NCBI RefSeq assembly: GCF_004010195.1
Contig: NC_057718.1
Span: 3,688,917-3,752,916, forward strand
DNA from: Chiloscyllium plagiosum
Taxonomy: Eukaryota
Direction: 5' to 3'
Length of the DNA stretch: 64,000 nucleotides
Shown in pieces: positions 38,301-52,460 of this stretch (position 1 is the stretch's first letter; each line of letters opens with the position of its first letter). Below the pieces are notes generated by a model. It was not told the DNA's origin. It did no database searches and saw nothing but the letters and a program-made list of their open reading frames with translations. Both the position numbers and the translations under genes were made by a program.

Positions 38301-39225
38301 TCTTGTACACTTTGAAACAGTTGTCTAACTTCCCTTGTGTGTTTTGTTACTAGTCCAACAAAACCTCCAGGCTTGTCTGGTTTTCCTACATCTGGCTTTC
38401 TCCGAGTCCAGTAATACTGTGATTTTGTGTGTCTGGCCCACTTTATATCAATTAATATACCGGTACCTTTTTACTTCTTTGTCCCCCTCAAGGGTTTATG
38501 TTTTACCCTGTGATAAGTTGTCTTATGCTCTTTACTGAGATCTACTTTTCCCTTTCCACATGAGGATTTCTCTTAGCCCCAGTTTCTATCCCTCATAGAC
38601 TGAAATTGATTCTGGAAGCTAAACTGAGTTTTATTGACCAGCTCATAATCATGAGTCACTTCAGCTGCTAACTTTGCTGTTTTACCTTTATCTCCAGCCT
38701 TTTCAGCTGACTTTCCTTTTAAGTATCAGTTTTTGAGTTCAAACACTCTCTCTTTTTCTTTATCTGCTCTCACTTTTTCCCCTATTCTGTTACTCTCTCT
38801 TTTTTCTCTGTTCTGCTGCTCTCTCTTTTCCCCTCTCTTCTGTTTTTAATTGTAACTCAAACTATTTCATTTCTGCTGCCCTTTCCTTATCTCTCATCTC
38901 TAACCCAAGCTGCTTCATTTGCATCTCCACAGATTCTGATGGTTTCTCCTGCAAGTTTAAATGTTGAGCTACTGCTGTAATTATCTCTCCTTTCCTCACA
39001 GAAGCAGGCAATTCCAATTCCAACTTCTCTGCTACTACTTGCAAATTGGTCTTATTTGCTTTTTGAAAACCTTCCAAAGTCACTGCATCCACTTCCAGAA
39101 AACATTTGGTGTCTGAAAGAGCCGTTCCTCTCCCAAGCTTTATCCACTCAACCAAAGCAACACCTGAAATGAAGACACTTGCACCTAATACTTACTGTTT
39201 AAAATCCCACAAAAAGCCCCCAATC
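35390..39225 (-). mobile_element. Gmr1-like Gypsy LTR retrotransposon internal region (gag-PR-IN-RT-RH), decayed
   Basis: gag about 38862-39155, PR ILRDAG about 38180, IN GYLGVRKTQAKIQRHFYWP...CQMCHKC about 37400, RT SKLDLLRGYWQV...FMPFGLKNTPATFQRL about 35850-36170. Integrase lies upstream of RT. Confidence 0.92.
39204..39222 (-). other. Degenerate tRNA-Pro primer-binding site
   Basis: tgggggctttttgtgggat vs canonical TGGGGGCTCGTCCGGGAT, immediately inside the LTR end. Confidence 0.6.
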
Positions 39226-40605
39226 TGTTATGGAATAGGCCAAGCATTTTTAAGCAGGCAGCTCAGACCATAACTTTGCAATTTGTTTCGGTAAGTGTAC
39301 AGTGAAAATTGCCCGGAGTAAGCTAGCTAGATTGACTACTAGATTATAAAACAGATAAAAATGTATTCACAAAATTACACAATGAAACACAAAGAACAGA
39401 ATAAAGAACCTCTACAGAACTCAGTCAATCCAAAATAGATTAAGTATGCTGTTCTCAATATACACAACAGTCCCAATAAACAAACTCTCTTTAAAAACCA
39501 GTATAAATGGAACATATGTTTACAGCTTGAAGTGGAAGAGCAGAAAGAGAGAGAGTGTTTCCACACAGCTCCCTGTTGAATTTGCCACAAGGGTCTGTTT
39601 GGGACCATTGCTGTTTGTCATTTTCTTAAATGACTTGGACACAAGTATAGGTGGATATGTTAGTAAGTTTGCAGATGGCACTAAAGTCGGTGGAGTATGA
39701 AAAGTGTGGAAGAATGTTGCAGTTTGCAGGGGGGACTTGCATAAACTGCAGAATTGGGCTGACAGGTGTCAAGTGGAGTTCAATGCAGATAAATGTGAGG
39801 TGATTCACTTTGGTAAGAATAACAGGAAGGCAGAATACTGGGTCAATGGAAAGATTCTTGGTAGTGTGGATATGAAGAGGGATGTTGGAGTCCATGTACA
39901 TAAATCACTGAAAGTTTCCACCCAGGTTGATAATGCTGTTGAGAAGGCATATGGTGTGTTAGGTTTTATTGATAGAGGGATTGAGTTCCAGAGTGGTAAT
40001 GTCATGCTGCAGCTATACAAAACATTAGTGCCGACGCACTTGGAATATTGCATACAGTTCTGGTCGCCTCATTACGGGAAAAATGTGGAAGCATAGGAAA
40101 AGGTGCAGAGGTGATTTACCAGAATGTTGCCTGGTTTGGAGGGAAGGTCTTATGAGGAAAGGCTGAGAGAGTTGGGTCTGTTCTCATGGAGAGGAGAAGG
40201 CTAAGAGGGGATGGCCTGAAGTCTCATCTATTTACATGTAAACAAAAGGCCTCTCAAAATCCTTTTCATCTCTGTACCAAACCAGACTGATTGGAGTGGG
40301 GCCCAGTTTATTACCCCCTTGAAAAAATCAAGGTTAAAAATCACACACCAGATTATAGTCCAACAGGTTTAATTGGAAGCTCACTAGCTTTCAGAGCAAC
40401 GCCTATCACCTGATGAAGGAGCGTCGCTCCAAAAGCTAGTGTGCTTCCAAATGAACCTGTTGGACTATAACCTGGTGTTGTGCGATTTTTAACTTTGTAC
40501 ACCCCAGTCCAACACCGGCATCTCCAAATCATGAAAAAATCAAGGACAGAATATCCTTGAGCCAAGTAACAGCTTTTAGAAAAAAAAGAGACGAGCTTTG
40601 TGACA
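39226..40605 (-). mobile_element. 5' LTR of the Gmr1-like element, with nested CR1 (about 39580-40212) and PLE repeat (40334-40531)
   Basis: Minus strand tgtcaca...taaca next to the PBS. The nested CR1 reads WQ/VEFNADKCEVIHFG. Confidence 0.7.
40334..40531. mobile_element. Palindromic Penelope-like repeat with a 14-bp flanking duplication
   Basis: Inverted arms at about 40335-40400 and 40425-40493; tgaaaaaatcaagg at 40320-40333 and 40532-40545. Confidence 0.75.
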
Positions 40606-40699
40606 GTGTGCCTCCCTTGTCTGCTTCATCAGCAGGAGCTTTGGGTAAAATGTTTTGAAAACAGAAACAGGTCAAACGAACAATACGTCAATTTGTAAC

Positions 40700-41300
40700 C
40701 CATTTTTGTATATCCTCCTATTCCTTTCTACGAAAATGCTCCCCCACTGTCACCTCAAACAGCTGTCCAGCTTCATTCCACCAGATTAGGTGCTGCACTG
40801 CACCCTCCCATGTCGGACCTTCTACACATCGATATAAAGAGCTCTCCTGTGTACACTTTAAGAAATCTGCTCCTCTGGAACCTTTACACTATTGTTATCC
40901 TAATTAATGTTGAGGAAGTTGAAATTCCCTGATATAATTATCTATTTATTACACACTTCAGTGAATTGTGGACATATCGGCTCTTCTATTGCCCGGTGAC
41001 AGTTGGGCATTGACAATACACTCCCAGCGTGTGACTGTTCCTAATCTCTATCCACAAAGCCTCACTTGAAAACCTTTCTAAGATATTGTTCCTCCTTACT
41101 GCAGTAACGGACTCTTTTATAAATAAGATAACACCACCTTCTCTTGGCATCTTCCCCTCTCCTGCCCGAAGATCCTTTGCCCCAGAATGTTGAATTGTCA
41201 GTCCTGCCCCTCCCTCAAACATGTCCCTGTGTTTGCAACAACATCCTAGTCCAGGTGTCAATCCATGCCCTTAACTCACTCTCTGACCCATTTTACTATG
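40700..41300 (-). mobile_element. CR1 ORF2 endonuclease remnant
   Basis: GGVILFIKE...EALWIEIRN...LGVY. Confidence 0.75.
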
Positions 41301-42129
41301 AGCATGAACGTACAGGCCAGCCAGTCTGCTTTCCTCCCTTGAAACTCAACATGGCTGAACTTGATCTGCCTTTGTTCCTTCACTAAAGTAGGCTGTGTCC
41401 CTACACACTAACACAAAATATCCCCTCCCTCTGGGGAACTACTTTAAGTTCCTCCCAAGAGCATGAGCAAACCCACCCACACAGGGGTGTTGGTCCCATT
41501 CTGGTTCAAGTGCAGACTGTCTCATCAATGGTTTCCTTATGCTTCAATGCTTCTACCAAGTTGTTCCACAGTGTAAACAGACTGATCAAAAGATTGTCTT
41601 CTCAGACACAAGCATTTCTGATGCAGTGAATATACCCACTTCCTCTGCTCTGCCCTGTCCTGCTAAACCATACAACAGAAGGTTATCAGCTGAAATGATG
41701 TCCTTCTGAGAGCGGTTTTCATTACAAGGAGGTTTGGAATATAGCAATAAAGAAGCCCTATCTAACTGAGCACTGTGTGTGTATGAGCTCATTGAATTAT
41801 ACCAACGATGAGATCCTGACACAGGCCATTTAGCCCAATCAGTCGATGCTGGTGTTTGTGCTGAACTTGTCCATGTGACCATCCTGCTGTACATAATTAT
41901 CAGCAGCATAACTGTCCACTCTTTCCCTTTATTTAATTTCCTAATTTCCCCTGAATTGAACCTCTGCTATTCACTTCAATCACTCCCTGGGATAATGAAT
42001 TCCACTTTCTCAACAGTCTCTCTTTGGAAAGAGGTTTTTTCACAATTCCCAATTGGATTTGTGACAAAGTTTTCACCTCCAACATCATCCTAACCCACTG
42101 TGTATTCATGTGTTGCCTTGGAATGAATA

Positions 42130-42318
42130 GCAACAGAAATAACAAATGGTTCAAGTCATTTGTTTGAGAGAAGCTACTGCCCTTGAGACGTGTAACCAAT
42201 GTCAGGGTCAGGGGGCTGTGGCACACTGGCAGTGTCCTTAAGTGTAGACCTCAAGGTCAGGAATCAAACCCTACCCTGTGGTACAGCACACCCCCACAGG
42301 TTGCTGAGAAATAATTTC
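42130..42318 (-). repeat. Inverted paralog of 6060-6250
   Basis: Reverse-complement match, e.g. ccacaggttgctgagaaataatttc. Confidence 0.85.
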
Positions 42319-42324
42319 ATGTAC

Positions 42325-45300
42325 AACATAAAGTACAGTACAGCACAGGAACAGCCCCTTTGGCCCATTGAACCATTCTATCTGCCTACACATGCTCCGT
42401 ATCACTCTATTCCCTGCCTGTAAATAAGTCTGTCTAAATGACTCTCAAATGTTGTTACTGTATCTATTCCAACCATCTTGCTTGGTAGCTTGTTCCAGGT
42501 ATCTATTACCCTCTGTGTAAAAAAATTTGCCTCACACATCTTTCAACATTCTCCATCTCACCTTAAACCTATGACCCTCAGATTTCACATGTCCAACCTA
42601 AGAATGAGATTTCAACAATTCATTCTATCCCTGTCTTTCATAATTTTATAAAGTCTGTCAGGTCAACTCTCAGCCTATGGCTCTTCAGTGAAAACAAACC
42701 AAGTTTGTCCAGCCTCTCCTTACAGGCTAACTATCTCCAATCCAGGTAACTCCAAAGATTTTTCACGCAGTTTGCAAGCTTTTCCAAATATATCAGTGAT
42801 GCTGTTTCCCCTCTACACACTTTGGTTGAGACGTGCTTGAAAAACTCTAATAAAGTAGTCAGTCACGATTTCCCTTTCATGAAGTCATGCTGAGTCTGCT
42901 TGATAAGATTTCAATTTTCAAATGTTCTGCTATTACTTCCTGCATAGTTAATTCCAACATTTTTCCAACAATAAATGCTCAACTAACTGCACTTTAGACA
43001 TCCACTTTTTAATAAGAAAGAACAAAGAAACTTTACAGCACAGGAACAGGCCATTCGGCCCTCCAAGCCTGAGCCGATCCAAATCCACTGTCTAAACCTG
43101 TCGCCCAATTCATAAGCATCTATATACCTCTGCTCTCCACCTACTCATGCATCTGTCCAGATGCACCTTGAATGAATTTACCATGCTTGCCTCTACTACC
43201 TCTGCTGGCAACGCGTTCCAGGCACCTATGACCCTCTTCATAAAATATTTGCCACGTACATCCCCCTTAATCTTTTCACCACTCACCTTGAAAGCATGAC
43301 TCTCTATATTGAATCCCTCACCCTAGGAAAAAGCTTAGCTCTATCTACCCTGTCTATACACTTTATGATTTTGTAAACCTCAATCAGGTCCCCCCTCAAA
43401 CTTCTTTTTTCTAATGAAAATAAACCTAACCTACTCAACCTCTCTTCATAGTTAGCACCTTCCATACCAGGCAGCACCCTCTCCAAAGCGTCTACACCCT
43501 TCTGGTAATATGGCAACCAGAACTGTACACAGTATTCTAAATGCGGCCGAACTAATGTTGCGTACAATTTTAAAATGACCTGCTAGCTCTTTTACTCAGT
43601 ACCCCGTCTGAGGAAGGCAAGCACACCATATGCCTTCTTGACCACTCTCTCCACCTGTGCAGCAACCTTCAGGATACAATGGACCGGAACTCCCAGATCT
43701 CTCTGCTCACCAACTTTTCCAAGTTTACTATGTAATTCGCTGGAGAATTAGACTTCCCAAAATGCATTACCTCACATTTGCCTGGACTGAACTCCATCTG
43801 CAACTTCTCCACCCAACTCTCCAGTCTATCTATATTCTCCTGTATTCTTTGACTACATACTTTCTGCCACTCCACCAATCTTCGTGTCATCTGTAAACTT
43901 GCTGATCATACCAACAGTGCCCTCTTCCAGATCATTTATGTACATCGCAAACAACAGTGGCCCCAATACTGACCCCTGTGGAACACCACTGGTCACCTTT
44001 CTCCATTTCGAGAAACTCCCTTCAACTACTACTTTCTGTCTCTTGTTGCTCAACCAGTTCTTTATCCACCTAGCTAGAACACCCTGAACATCATGTGACT
44101 TCACTTTCTCAATTAGTTTACCATTGGGAACCTTATCAAGTGCCTTACTTAAGTCCATGTATATGACATCTACAGCCCGTCCTTCATCTATCAGCTTGGT
44201 CACTTCCTCAAAGAACTCTATTAAGTTGTTAAGGCATGATCTCCCCACACAAAACCATTTTGCCTAACACCAATAAGCCCATTCTTTTCCAAATATAAAT
44301 AGATTTAATCTCTCAGTACCTTCTCCAGCAACTTTCCCACCAATGACGTCAGGCTCACTGGTCTGTAGTTACCAGGAATATCCCTACTGCCCCTCTTGTA
44401 CAGGGGAACAACATGAGCAACCTCCAGTCCTCCAGAACCTCACCTGTGTTTAAGGATGGTACAAAGATATTTGTCAGGGCCCCAGCTATTTTCTCTCTTG
44501 CCTCCCTCAGCAACCTGGGATAGATCCCAACCAGTTCTAGGGACTTGTCTACCTTAATAACCTCTAGCCTACCCAACACATCTTCCCTACTTATATCAAT
44601 GTGCTCCAGAGTAGAGTCATAGAGTCATAGAGATGTACAGCATGGAAACAGACCCTTTGGTCCAACCCATCCATGCCGACCAGATATCCCAACCAACTTC
44701 TATCTTTAATCTCAACATTCATCATGTCCCTCTCTCAGTGAACACTGATGCAAAGTAATCATTCAGAATCTTACCCATTCTCTCAGGTTAGACACACAGC
44801 CTTCCTTCATTATCCTTTAGTTACCCGCTTGTTTTATATAAGAATAAAAGGCTGTATTCTCCTTAAGTAGACTCTCCTTAATTCTGCTCGCTAAAGCTAC
44901 TTCATGACCCTTTTAGCCTGCTTGATTCCTCGTTTAAGACTGGTCCTACTCTTCCGATATTCCTCCAGGACTCGTTCTGTTCTTAAATGCCTGGATCTTA
45001 TGTATGCTTCCCTTTTCCTCTTGGCTCATTGTACGATTTCTCCTGTCATCCACGGCTCACGAATCTTGCTTTTCATATCCTTTGTTTTGAATGAGACATG
45101 CTTATCCCGCACTATCATTAATCTATCTTTGAAAGTCTCCCACATATCAAATGTGAACTTCCCTTCAAATAGCTGTGTCCAATCCACATTTCCTAGCTCC
45201 TGCCTAATTTTGATATAATTGGCCTTGGCCCAGTTTAGTACTCTTCCCATAGGACTACTCTCTTCTTTATCTACGAGTATTCTAAAACTTACAGAATTGT

Positions 45301-45690
45301 GGTCACTGTTCCCAAAGAAATCCTCCACCGCAACGTTTACCACCTGGCCTGGCTCATTCCCCAATTTTTTCCTCTCTCTCTTTTGAATTCAGATGGCACA
45401 TTGAGAGTTTTCTAATTCTCTGGTACTTTTCTAGAACCCAAGGATCTTTTGGGAACTTAGAACCAATGCATCCACTATTTCTGTAGTTCCCTCTTTTAGA
45501 ATGCGAGGATGGAAGCCCATCAGGGCCAGGGGACTGATCTGCCTTGAGACCCGTTAGTTTGTCTGACACAACTGCTTCAGTGACGGTGACGGGACTTACT
45601 CCTTGCCAATATCCTTTACTTTTATTGGAATGTTTTAAGCATATTCCACAGAAAATACCAATCCAATGTTTTTCCATAAATATTTTGACC
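42325..45690 (-). mobile_element. Stack of CR1 LINE fragments, including a 2.3-kb ORF2 piece at 43015-45360
   Basis: [38 protein letters not shown] and GNSDHNSV. Confidence 0.92.
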
Positions 45691-46014
45691 ATTCACAGGG
45701 TTGCAGCAAATGTGTGAATTCTCAATGTTCAAATGACTAAGTATGAGGAACTTGCACAGAATAAGTAATTAGCATCACTGTTGAAATAAAACTCACTGAG
45801 TCACAAGAAAATCCATCCAGTCATATCCTCCCTCAGAAGCCATTGACTTGTTGTCCATGCTTCTTCTTTACTGATACTTTAGCTTCTTTACCTCCTGAGA
45901 AATGAGAGATTAAAGAAGCTGCAGTCGGCTGGGATACTTTGTGTTTCGATGTATTAACTGGATATGCAATAAATAGTGTGGATACACAGCATAGTCACTC
46001 TGTTGAGATGATCA
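45690..46014 (-). repeat. Inverted paralog of 5258-5592
   Basis: Reverse-complement match, e.g. attcacagggttgcagcaaatgtgtgaatt. Confidence 0.85.
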
Positions 46015-46206
46015 TTGGAACTCTTTTTGCTGTGACCCTGTCCGTCTATGTTACTTTGGGTAAGTGTTTGCTTTCGAGAAGTTTAATTTGTTGTACAAGA
46101 CCTTTCCATGCCACTGCTGTGGAATTTGTGAGAATTCTGTCAGTTTGAACATTGAGAATTTGAGGGGAGTGTCGCAAGGAGAATTTGTTACTGTCGAGAG
46201 CTTCGG

Positions 46207-46395
46207 CGAAAGTGAGGACTGCAGATGCTGGAGATTAGAGTCAAAAGTGTGGTGCTGGAAAAGTACAGCAGGTCAGGCAGTATCTGAGGAGCAGAAAAAT
46301 GGATGCTTCAGGCAAAAGTCCTGAAAACTTATCTTTTTCTGCTCCTTGGATGCTGCCTGACCTGTTGTGCTTTTCCAGCATCACGCTCTCAACTT
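46207..46395. mobile_element. Hairpin (inverted-repeat) Penelope-associated element
   Basis: Arms gtgctggaaaagtacagcaggtcaggcag...gagcagaaaaa and tttttctgctc...ctgcctgacctgttgtgcttttccagcatc. Confidence 0.7.
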
Positions 46396-47569
46396 TCTTG
46401 AGATTGTTTGGTGCAGCTGACACAAAGCTCCACAGGCTGGGAACACAGACCAGAAAACGAAGAGTTCCTCCCATCTTTTTTTGTTATTCATTGATCAAGA
46501 TTATGGGATTGAGGGACAGGTTGAACATTACAGTGTGTATTTTGGGTGGATTGGATTAATCTGTGTGTTCAATGGGTCTTGTTGGGTTGATTTGAAGGTT
46601 GGTGAATTTACAGCTTTGTGGTTCGGAGTGAGTTTTACCAATGGTCCCTTGCTGGCACTCACATCAGTTCTCTACAATCAATAATATTGAATTTGTTCCA
46701 TTAAAACATCTCCAGTACTTCGCAAACTGTGAACCAGTTTGAAGTTCAGTATCTGTGACAGCACCGAATCCTGGATCTGTTCCAAAACAGGAACATTTCC
46801 AAAGATGAATGTGCTGAATGCCAGTTCATGTTTTGTGTGATGGTGTTAATTGAAGAAAGGATGTTGATGGTCAGGAGATGGAGAGTATCTCCTGTTCTTT
46901 TACACATTGTGCTTTGTGATCTTTAAATCTTCAAATTGGATGCTTGAGCACTCCAGACAACATTTGATGGAAACAAGGACAGAGTGCAATCTTCTCTCTG
47001 TTGCTGCTGTGTGTAGCCCCTCCTGCCAGGTGATCTATTGCCATGGTGCCACACTCATCTGTCTTGTACCAGCCTCACCCATCCACTGTAGCTCGTCGGA
47101 AACCACTCTGTGACATCTGCCTTGTCCACCAAAGTATCAGCTTTGAGCCAAGCTCCAGAAATAGTTTTGACAGCCACAGCTTCCTGTCCTATGTGCGAAA
47201 GGGAGAGGCCAATTGAGCCAAGCTGCCCCCTCACACTCACTGAGAGTGTAGAGTATCCCTCTGTGCTCCCACCATTTCACAGCTGTTCAATGGACAGACA
47301 ATAATGTGGAACAAACTGGGGATTTCACCATCTATAGACCAAAGAGAGGGAACACCTGCACAAAATGTGGCTTTGACCATTTGCCTGAGTTAGAGCTTGT
47401 CTTTTCTGAACACCAACTGCAAACTAAGCCCAGGAAACAGAAAAGGGGAAGCAACATTTGCTGCACAGAGTGGAATCTCACTGTTCCCACAATCACAAAA
47501 AGTTCTGATGAGAAAGGAAGCCATTGGGCCCATTCTATCTGCACTGGCTCTCTCAGCACTTTAACTTTA

Positions 47570-49310
47570 ACCACTGAGAATGGGTGAAATAATAAACAAA
47601 TATTTCACATCAGTATTTAATGTGGAGAAGAATATCAAAATGAGAGAAGTTGGGTAAATTACTAGTGTTATCTTGAAAAGTGCACAAACTATAGAAGAGG
47701 AGATGCTGGACATCTCAAAATGCAGCATATTGGATAAATCCCTTGAATCTGATAAGGTATACCCAAGAACTTTGCAGGGAGCAAAGGAAGAAATTGCTGG
47801 GCTGTTTACTGTGACACTTGCATCATCAAGAGTCATAGGTGAGGTGCTGGTAGATCAGAGGTTGGCTAATGTAGTACCACTGTTTAAGTAAGGTGGTTAG
47901 GAAAAGCCAGGGGACTATAGACTGATGAACTTTAAGTCAATAGTGGGTAAGATGTCGGAAATGATTCTGAGTGACAGGATAATTTAGGTTTTTGGAAAAG
48001 CAAAGACAGATTAGAGATAGTCAACATGGTTTGTGTTTCACTAAGTTGACTGAGTTTTTGAAGAAGTGACAAATCAGATTGATGAAGACAGTGCGATGGA
48101 CTCAGTCTATTTGGACTTCAGCAAATTGTTTGACAAAGTTTCCCACTGTAGATTTGTTAGCAAGGTTACATCACTTGGAATCCAGGGAGACAATCCATTG
48201 GTTGCAAATTTGGCTTAATGACAGTAGACAAAGGGTGGTTGAGAAGGGTTTTTCTTCGGATTGGAGGCCTGTGACCAGCAAAATGCCACACGGATCAGTG
48301 TTGGGTTCACTGCTTTTCGTTATTCATATAATGCTGACAGATAGAACTAGATTAATTTAGGATATCTGCTCAGAATGGACGAGTTGGACCAATGAGTCCA
48401 TTTTTGTGCTGTATATCTCTATGACTTAATGACTCTATAATTTAGTGTCAGTCTCTTGCCTTTCCTTCTTCATCCTGCACATTGTTTCTGTGTAAATAAT
48501 CATCCAGTGCCCTGTTAAATGCCTCAGTTGGACCTTAATGCCATTGGACCAGAAGATGGAAGTTCAGAATCAGACCATTCTGCCCATCGAGTCTGCTCAT
48601 GGCTGCTCTGATAATCCCCAATTTGACTTTCTTGTCTTTTTATCTATATCTCTAGATTTACTTTCTATTTAAAAATCTATCTTTCTCAACTTCATCATAC
48701 TGAATGGTGCAGCCTCAGTTCCCCTGTGTGGCGGAGTTCCCTTCACAGTGAGGAAATTCCTTCTCCTCTCTGCCTTAAGTGTGCATCCCCTGATTCTGAG
48801 ATTCTGTCCTCTGTTCCCAGACTCTCTAACAGTGGAAACTTTTTTTTTGCATCTATCCTGTCAAGTCCTCTAGGAATCCTTTATGTTTCAATACTGTTGC
48901 CTCAATATTTTTGAGATTCTGATTAGAACAAGCCCAATCAAGATAACCTCTCCTCATAAGGCAGTCCCTCCATACTGACGATCAGCACAGTGATCCTTCT
49001 CCGGGTAAGGAACAAGAACTGTTTCACAGTATTCCAGTATGGTCTGACTAGGAGTTTGTACAGTTTTGGCAAAACCTTCCCAATTTTATTCTCCACTTCC
49101 TTTGAAATAAAGGAGACTCTCCCTTTGCCTTCCCTATTACCAACAGAACTTGAATGTTAACATTTTGTGATTCATGGATGAGGCCTCCTAAATCCCTCGG
49201 TTCTATAGCTTTCTGCATTCTTTCCTATTTCAATAATATTCAGTTCCCCTGTTCTTTCAGACAAAGTGTATGGACTCACATTTCTTCACATTATATTCCA
49301 TCTGCCAAGT
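47570..49310. mobile_element. CR1 fragments (47570-48330 on +, 48550-49310 on -)
   Basis: RLANVVPLFK and WRPVTSKMPHGSVLGSLLF. Confidence 0.8.
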
Positions 49311-49334
49311 TTTTGCCTCCTCTAAAGGCCAAAT

Positions 49335-50060
49335 ATTGCAGATGATGGAAACCTGAAGCAAACACATAGAATGGTGGAGGAACTCAGCAGGTCTAGCAGT
49401 ATCTGTCGAGAGAGAAACAGAGTGAACATTTTATACATAATGTGAGTCTTCTTAAAAACTCTCCATTAATCTATAATTGGGCCATTATTTCACTTATTTT
49501 GTTCTGTATACTTTGTGCATTCACGTAAATAGACATTAACAGTATTTCCCCTGGTGACCCTATTCACTGCTGTTTTTCTGTTTTGTATCCTCTGTCTGCT
49601 CCTGTTCCACTCTGGGTATCGTTCGTCAAATAGCTGCTGTCTCCTCTTGCTTTGTCAGACTCCAGCCCCTTTCTCCTGAACCCAGCCACCTTCTACTCAG
49701 TTTAAAACCCTTTTGAGAGCCTGAGTTATTTGATTAACCAGAATACTGGTCTCAGCATGTTTCAAGTGAAGCCTGTCCCTGAAGAACAGCTCCTTTTAAC
49801 CCCAGGATTGGTGCCAGTGCCCCACAAATCAAAACCTATTCCATCCAGACCAGACTTTGAGCCATGCATTGAACTGCCTGACTGTATTTACCCTGTGCCA
49901 GTTTGCCCATGGCTTAGGAATTCTTCCCATGGAGATTCAGCTTTATCATTTAGCTCTGAAATGTTCAAAGTCTTTCAGTGAAGCTTTCTTTCTTGTGCTC
50001 CAAGTGTCCCAACATGGACAATCATGACTGGATCCTTCTCCTCCCTCTTCAGGTTCTCCT
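49335..50060 (-). repeat. Inverted paralog of about 4170-5255
   Basis: Reverse-complement match, e.g. tagctgctgtctcctcttgctttgtcag. Confidence 0.85.
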
Positions 50061-50364
50061 CCAACCCTGAGGAGTTAACCTCTCCCTTGGCACTGGGAAG
50101 GCACCACATCCTTCAGGAACAATGCCGGGAGCAGGATCTACGCTCTCTCATTACACTGTCCACTCCAACAACGACATTGCTATTTCCTCTCCCCACATGA
50201 ATCACTCCCTGTCCCAAGGTATCATGGTCCATTTGCTCATTCTCCTTGCAGACTGCAGTCTTGCCCACACAGCTTGCAGAAACCTGATAACTGCTGGATT
50301 ATTGCAGCATCTCAGGCTGATTGTGATGTTCTGGAACTGCTGGGTTATACAGCGTGTCAATCCT

Positions 50365-50755
50365 GTTCACCCATCATCCCCACCTCACCCCCATCATCGC
50401 TGACCCATCAGCCCCCACCCATCCCCATCATCACTCGCCCATCATCCCCACATCCCTATTATCAATCACCCATCATCCCACTCCACCTCCATCATCGCTC
50501 AACTATCATCTCCACCCCGATCATCACTCACCCAATAGCCCCACCCCACCCCCATCATCACTCACTCATCATCCCAACTGACCCCATCATCATTCACCCA
50601 TCATCCCTACCTCACCTCCACCATGACTCAACCATCATCCCCACCCCACCTCATCATTACTCAGCCATCATCCCCACCCCATCACCACTCACCAATCATC
50701 CCCATACCACCCCACCCCAACATCACTCACCCATCATCTCCACCCACCCCCATCA
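50365..50755. repeat. C/A-rich degenerate tandem repeat (cccatcatccccac-like)
   Basis: Recurrent ccatcatc and caccc motifs. Confidence 0.85.
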
Positions 50756-50769
50756 AAGCAGAAGTTCCA

Positions 50770-52460
50770 GAACTGATCTTTGTTGAACACCACTGGTCAT
50801 CATGTTCTTGAGTGAACACTTTCCATCTACCACCACCCTCTATCTTCTATGGACCAAGCAGTTCTGGATCCAGGCAGCCAGATTTCCCTGTATACCATGC
50901 CTCCTTATATTCTGAATGAGCCTACCATGTGGAAACTTATCAAATGCCTTGCTAAAATCCACGTACACCACATCTACTGCTCTATCTTCATCAATGTGTT
51001 TTGTCACTTGCTCAATGAATTCCATAAGGTTTGTGAGTCATGACCTCTCCTTCACAAAACCACACAGACTATCTCTAATCAAACTATGCTTCTCCAAATG
51101 ATCATAACTCCTGTCTCTCACAATCCTCTCTGACACTCTCCCCACCGAAGCTGTAAGACTAACTGACCTGTAATTCCCAGCATCATCCCGATTCCCTTTC
51201 TTGAACAAGGGAATAACATTTGCCACCCTCTGATCATCTACTCCAGTGGACAGTGAGGATGCAAAAGATCATTGCCAAAGGCACAGCAATCTCTTCCCTC
51301 ACTTCCATTAGTAACCTAGGGTTTATCCTATCTTGCCCAGGGAATGTATCTAGCCTTATGTAGTTGCAAAATTTCAGGATATTCTCCTTCGTAACATCAA
51401 CCTGTCCCAGCTTATCAGTCTGTTTCACGCCATCCTCAGAAATGTCTTGATCTCGCAGTAGTAAATACTGAAGCAAAGTATTCATTAAGGATCTACCCTA
51501 CCTCCTCTAACTCTATCCCTAATCAGCCTTACCCTCACTTTAGCCATTCTTTTTGTTGCTCACATAAGTCTGGGACACCTCAGGGTTTTCCTTAATCCTA
51601 TCCACTAGAGATTTCCATGTCGCCTTCTAGCTCTCCTAAGTCCATTCTTCAGTTCCTTCCTCGCTAAATCTGTAACCCTATAAAGACCTGTGTGGTACTT
51701 GCCTCCTCAACTTTAAGTAAGCCTCCTTCTTCGTTTTGACTAGATGTTCCACATCCCCTATCACCCAAAGTTTTTTCACCCTCACATCCTTTCCTTGCCT
51801 CAATGGGATAAACCTGTCCAGCACTCACAGCAATTGCTTCCTGAACAGCATCCACATTTTTGTCATGCATTTCCCTGAGAATATCTGTTCCCAATTTAGG
51901 TGCACCAGTTCCTGTCTGATAACATTGTAATTCCCCCACCTGCAATTAAGTGCTTTCCCATACCATCTGCTTCTATCCCTCTCCATGACCATAGTAACGG
52001 TCATGGAGTTGTGTTCACTACCACTGAAATGCTCTCCCACTGAGAGATCTGAAACTTGGCATGGTTCGTTGCCAAGCACCAAATCCAAAATGGCCTTCCC
52101 TCCCGTCAGCCTATCTACATATTGTGTCAGAAACCCTTCCTGGACACACCTTACAAAAACTGTTCCATCCAAACTATTTGAACTAACAAGGTTCCAATCA
52201 ATATTATGGAATTTAAAGTTACCAATGACAACATCCCTGTTACTTCTGTATCTTTCCAAAATCTGCTTCTCAACCTGTTCCTTCATGTCTCAGTTGCTGT
52301 TGGTCGGCCTGTAGAAAACTCTTAATTGACTGACTGCTCCTTCCTTGTTTCTGACTCCCACCCATAATGACTCAGTAGATAAACCTTCCTCAACAACCCA
52401 TCTTTGTGCAGCGGTGATACTCTCCCTGATTAGCAATGCCACTCCTCCACCTCTTTTACC
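50770..52460 (-). mobile_element. CR1 LINE ORF2 fragment
   Basis: YVDFSKAFDKFPH, ANVIPLFKKG and ILDLVLGNEP. Confidence 0.9.

Noticed and set aside
46990-47270. Possible Ig C1 exon (…SPSCQVIYCHGATLICLV…)
   Set aside because: Only the ATLICLV motif fits. There is no core Trp, no clean YxCxVxH and no clear acceptor, and it lies upstream of the plus-strand V. The minus strand (WVRLVQDR*VW) could equally be a LINE remnant.
50274-50786. 170-aa Pro/His/Ile-rich ORF
   Set aside because: Translation of a C/A-rich low-complexity repeat.
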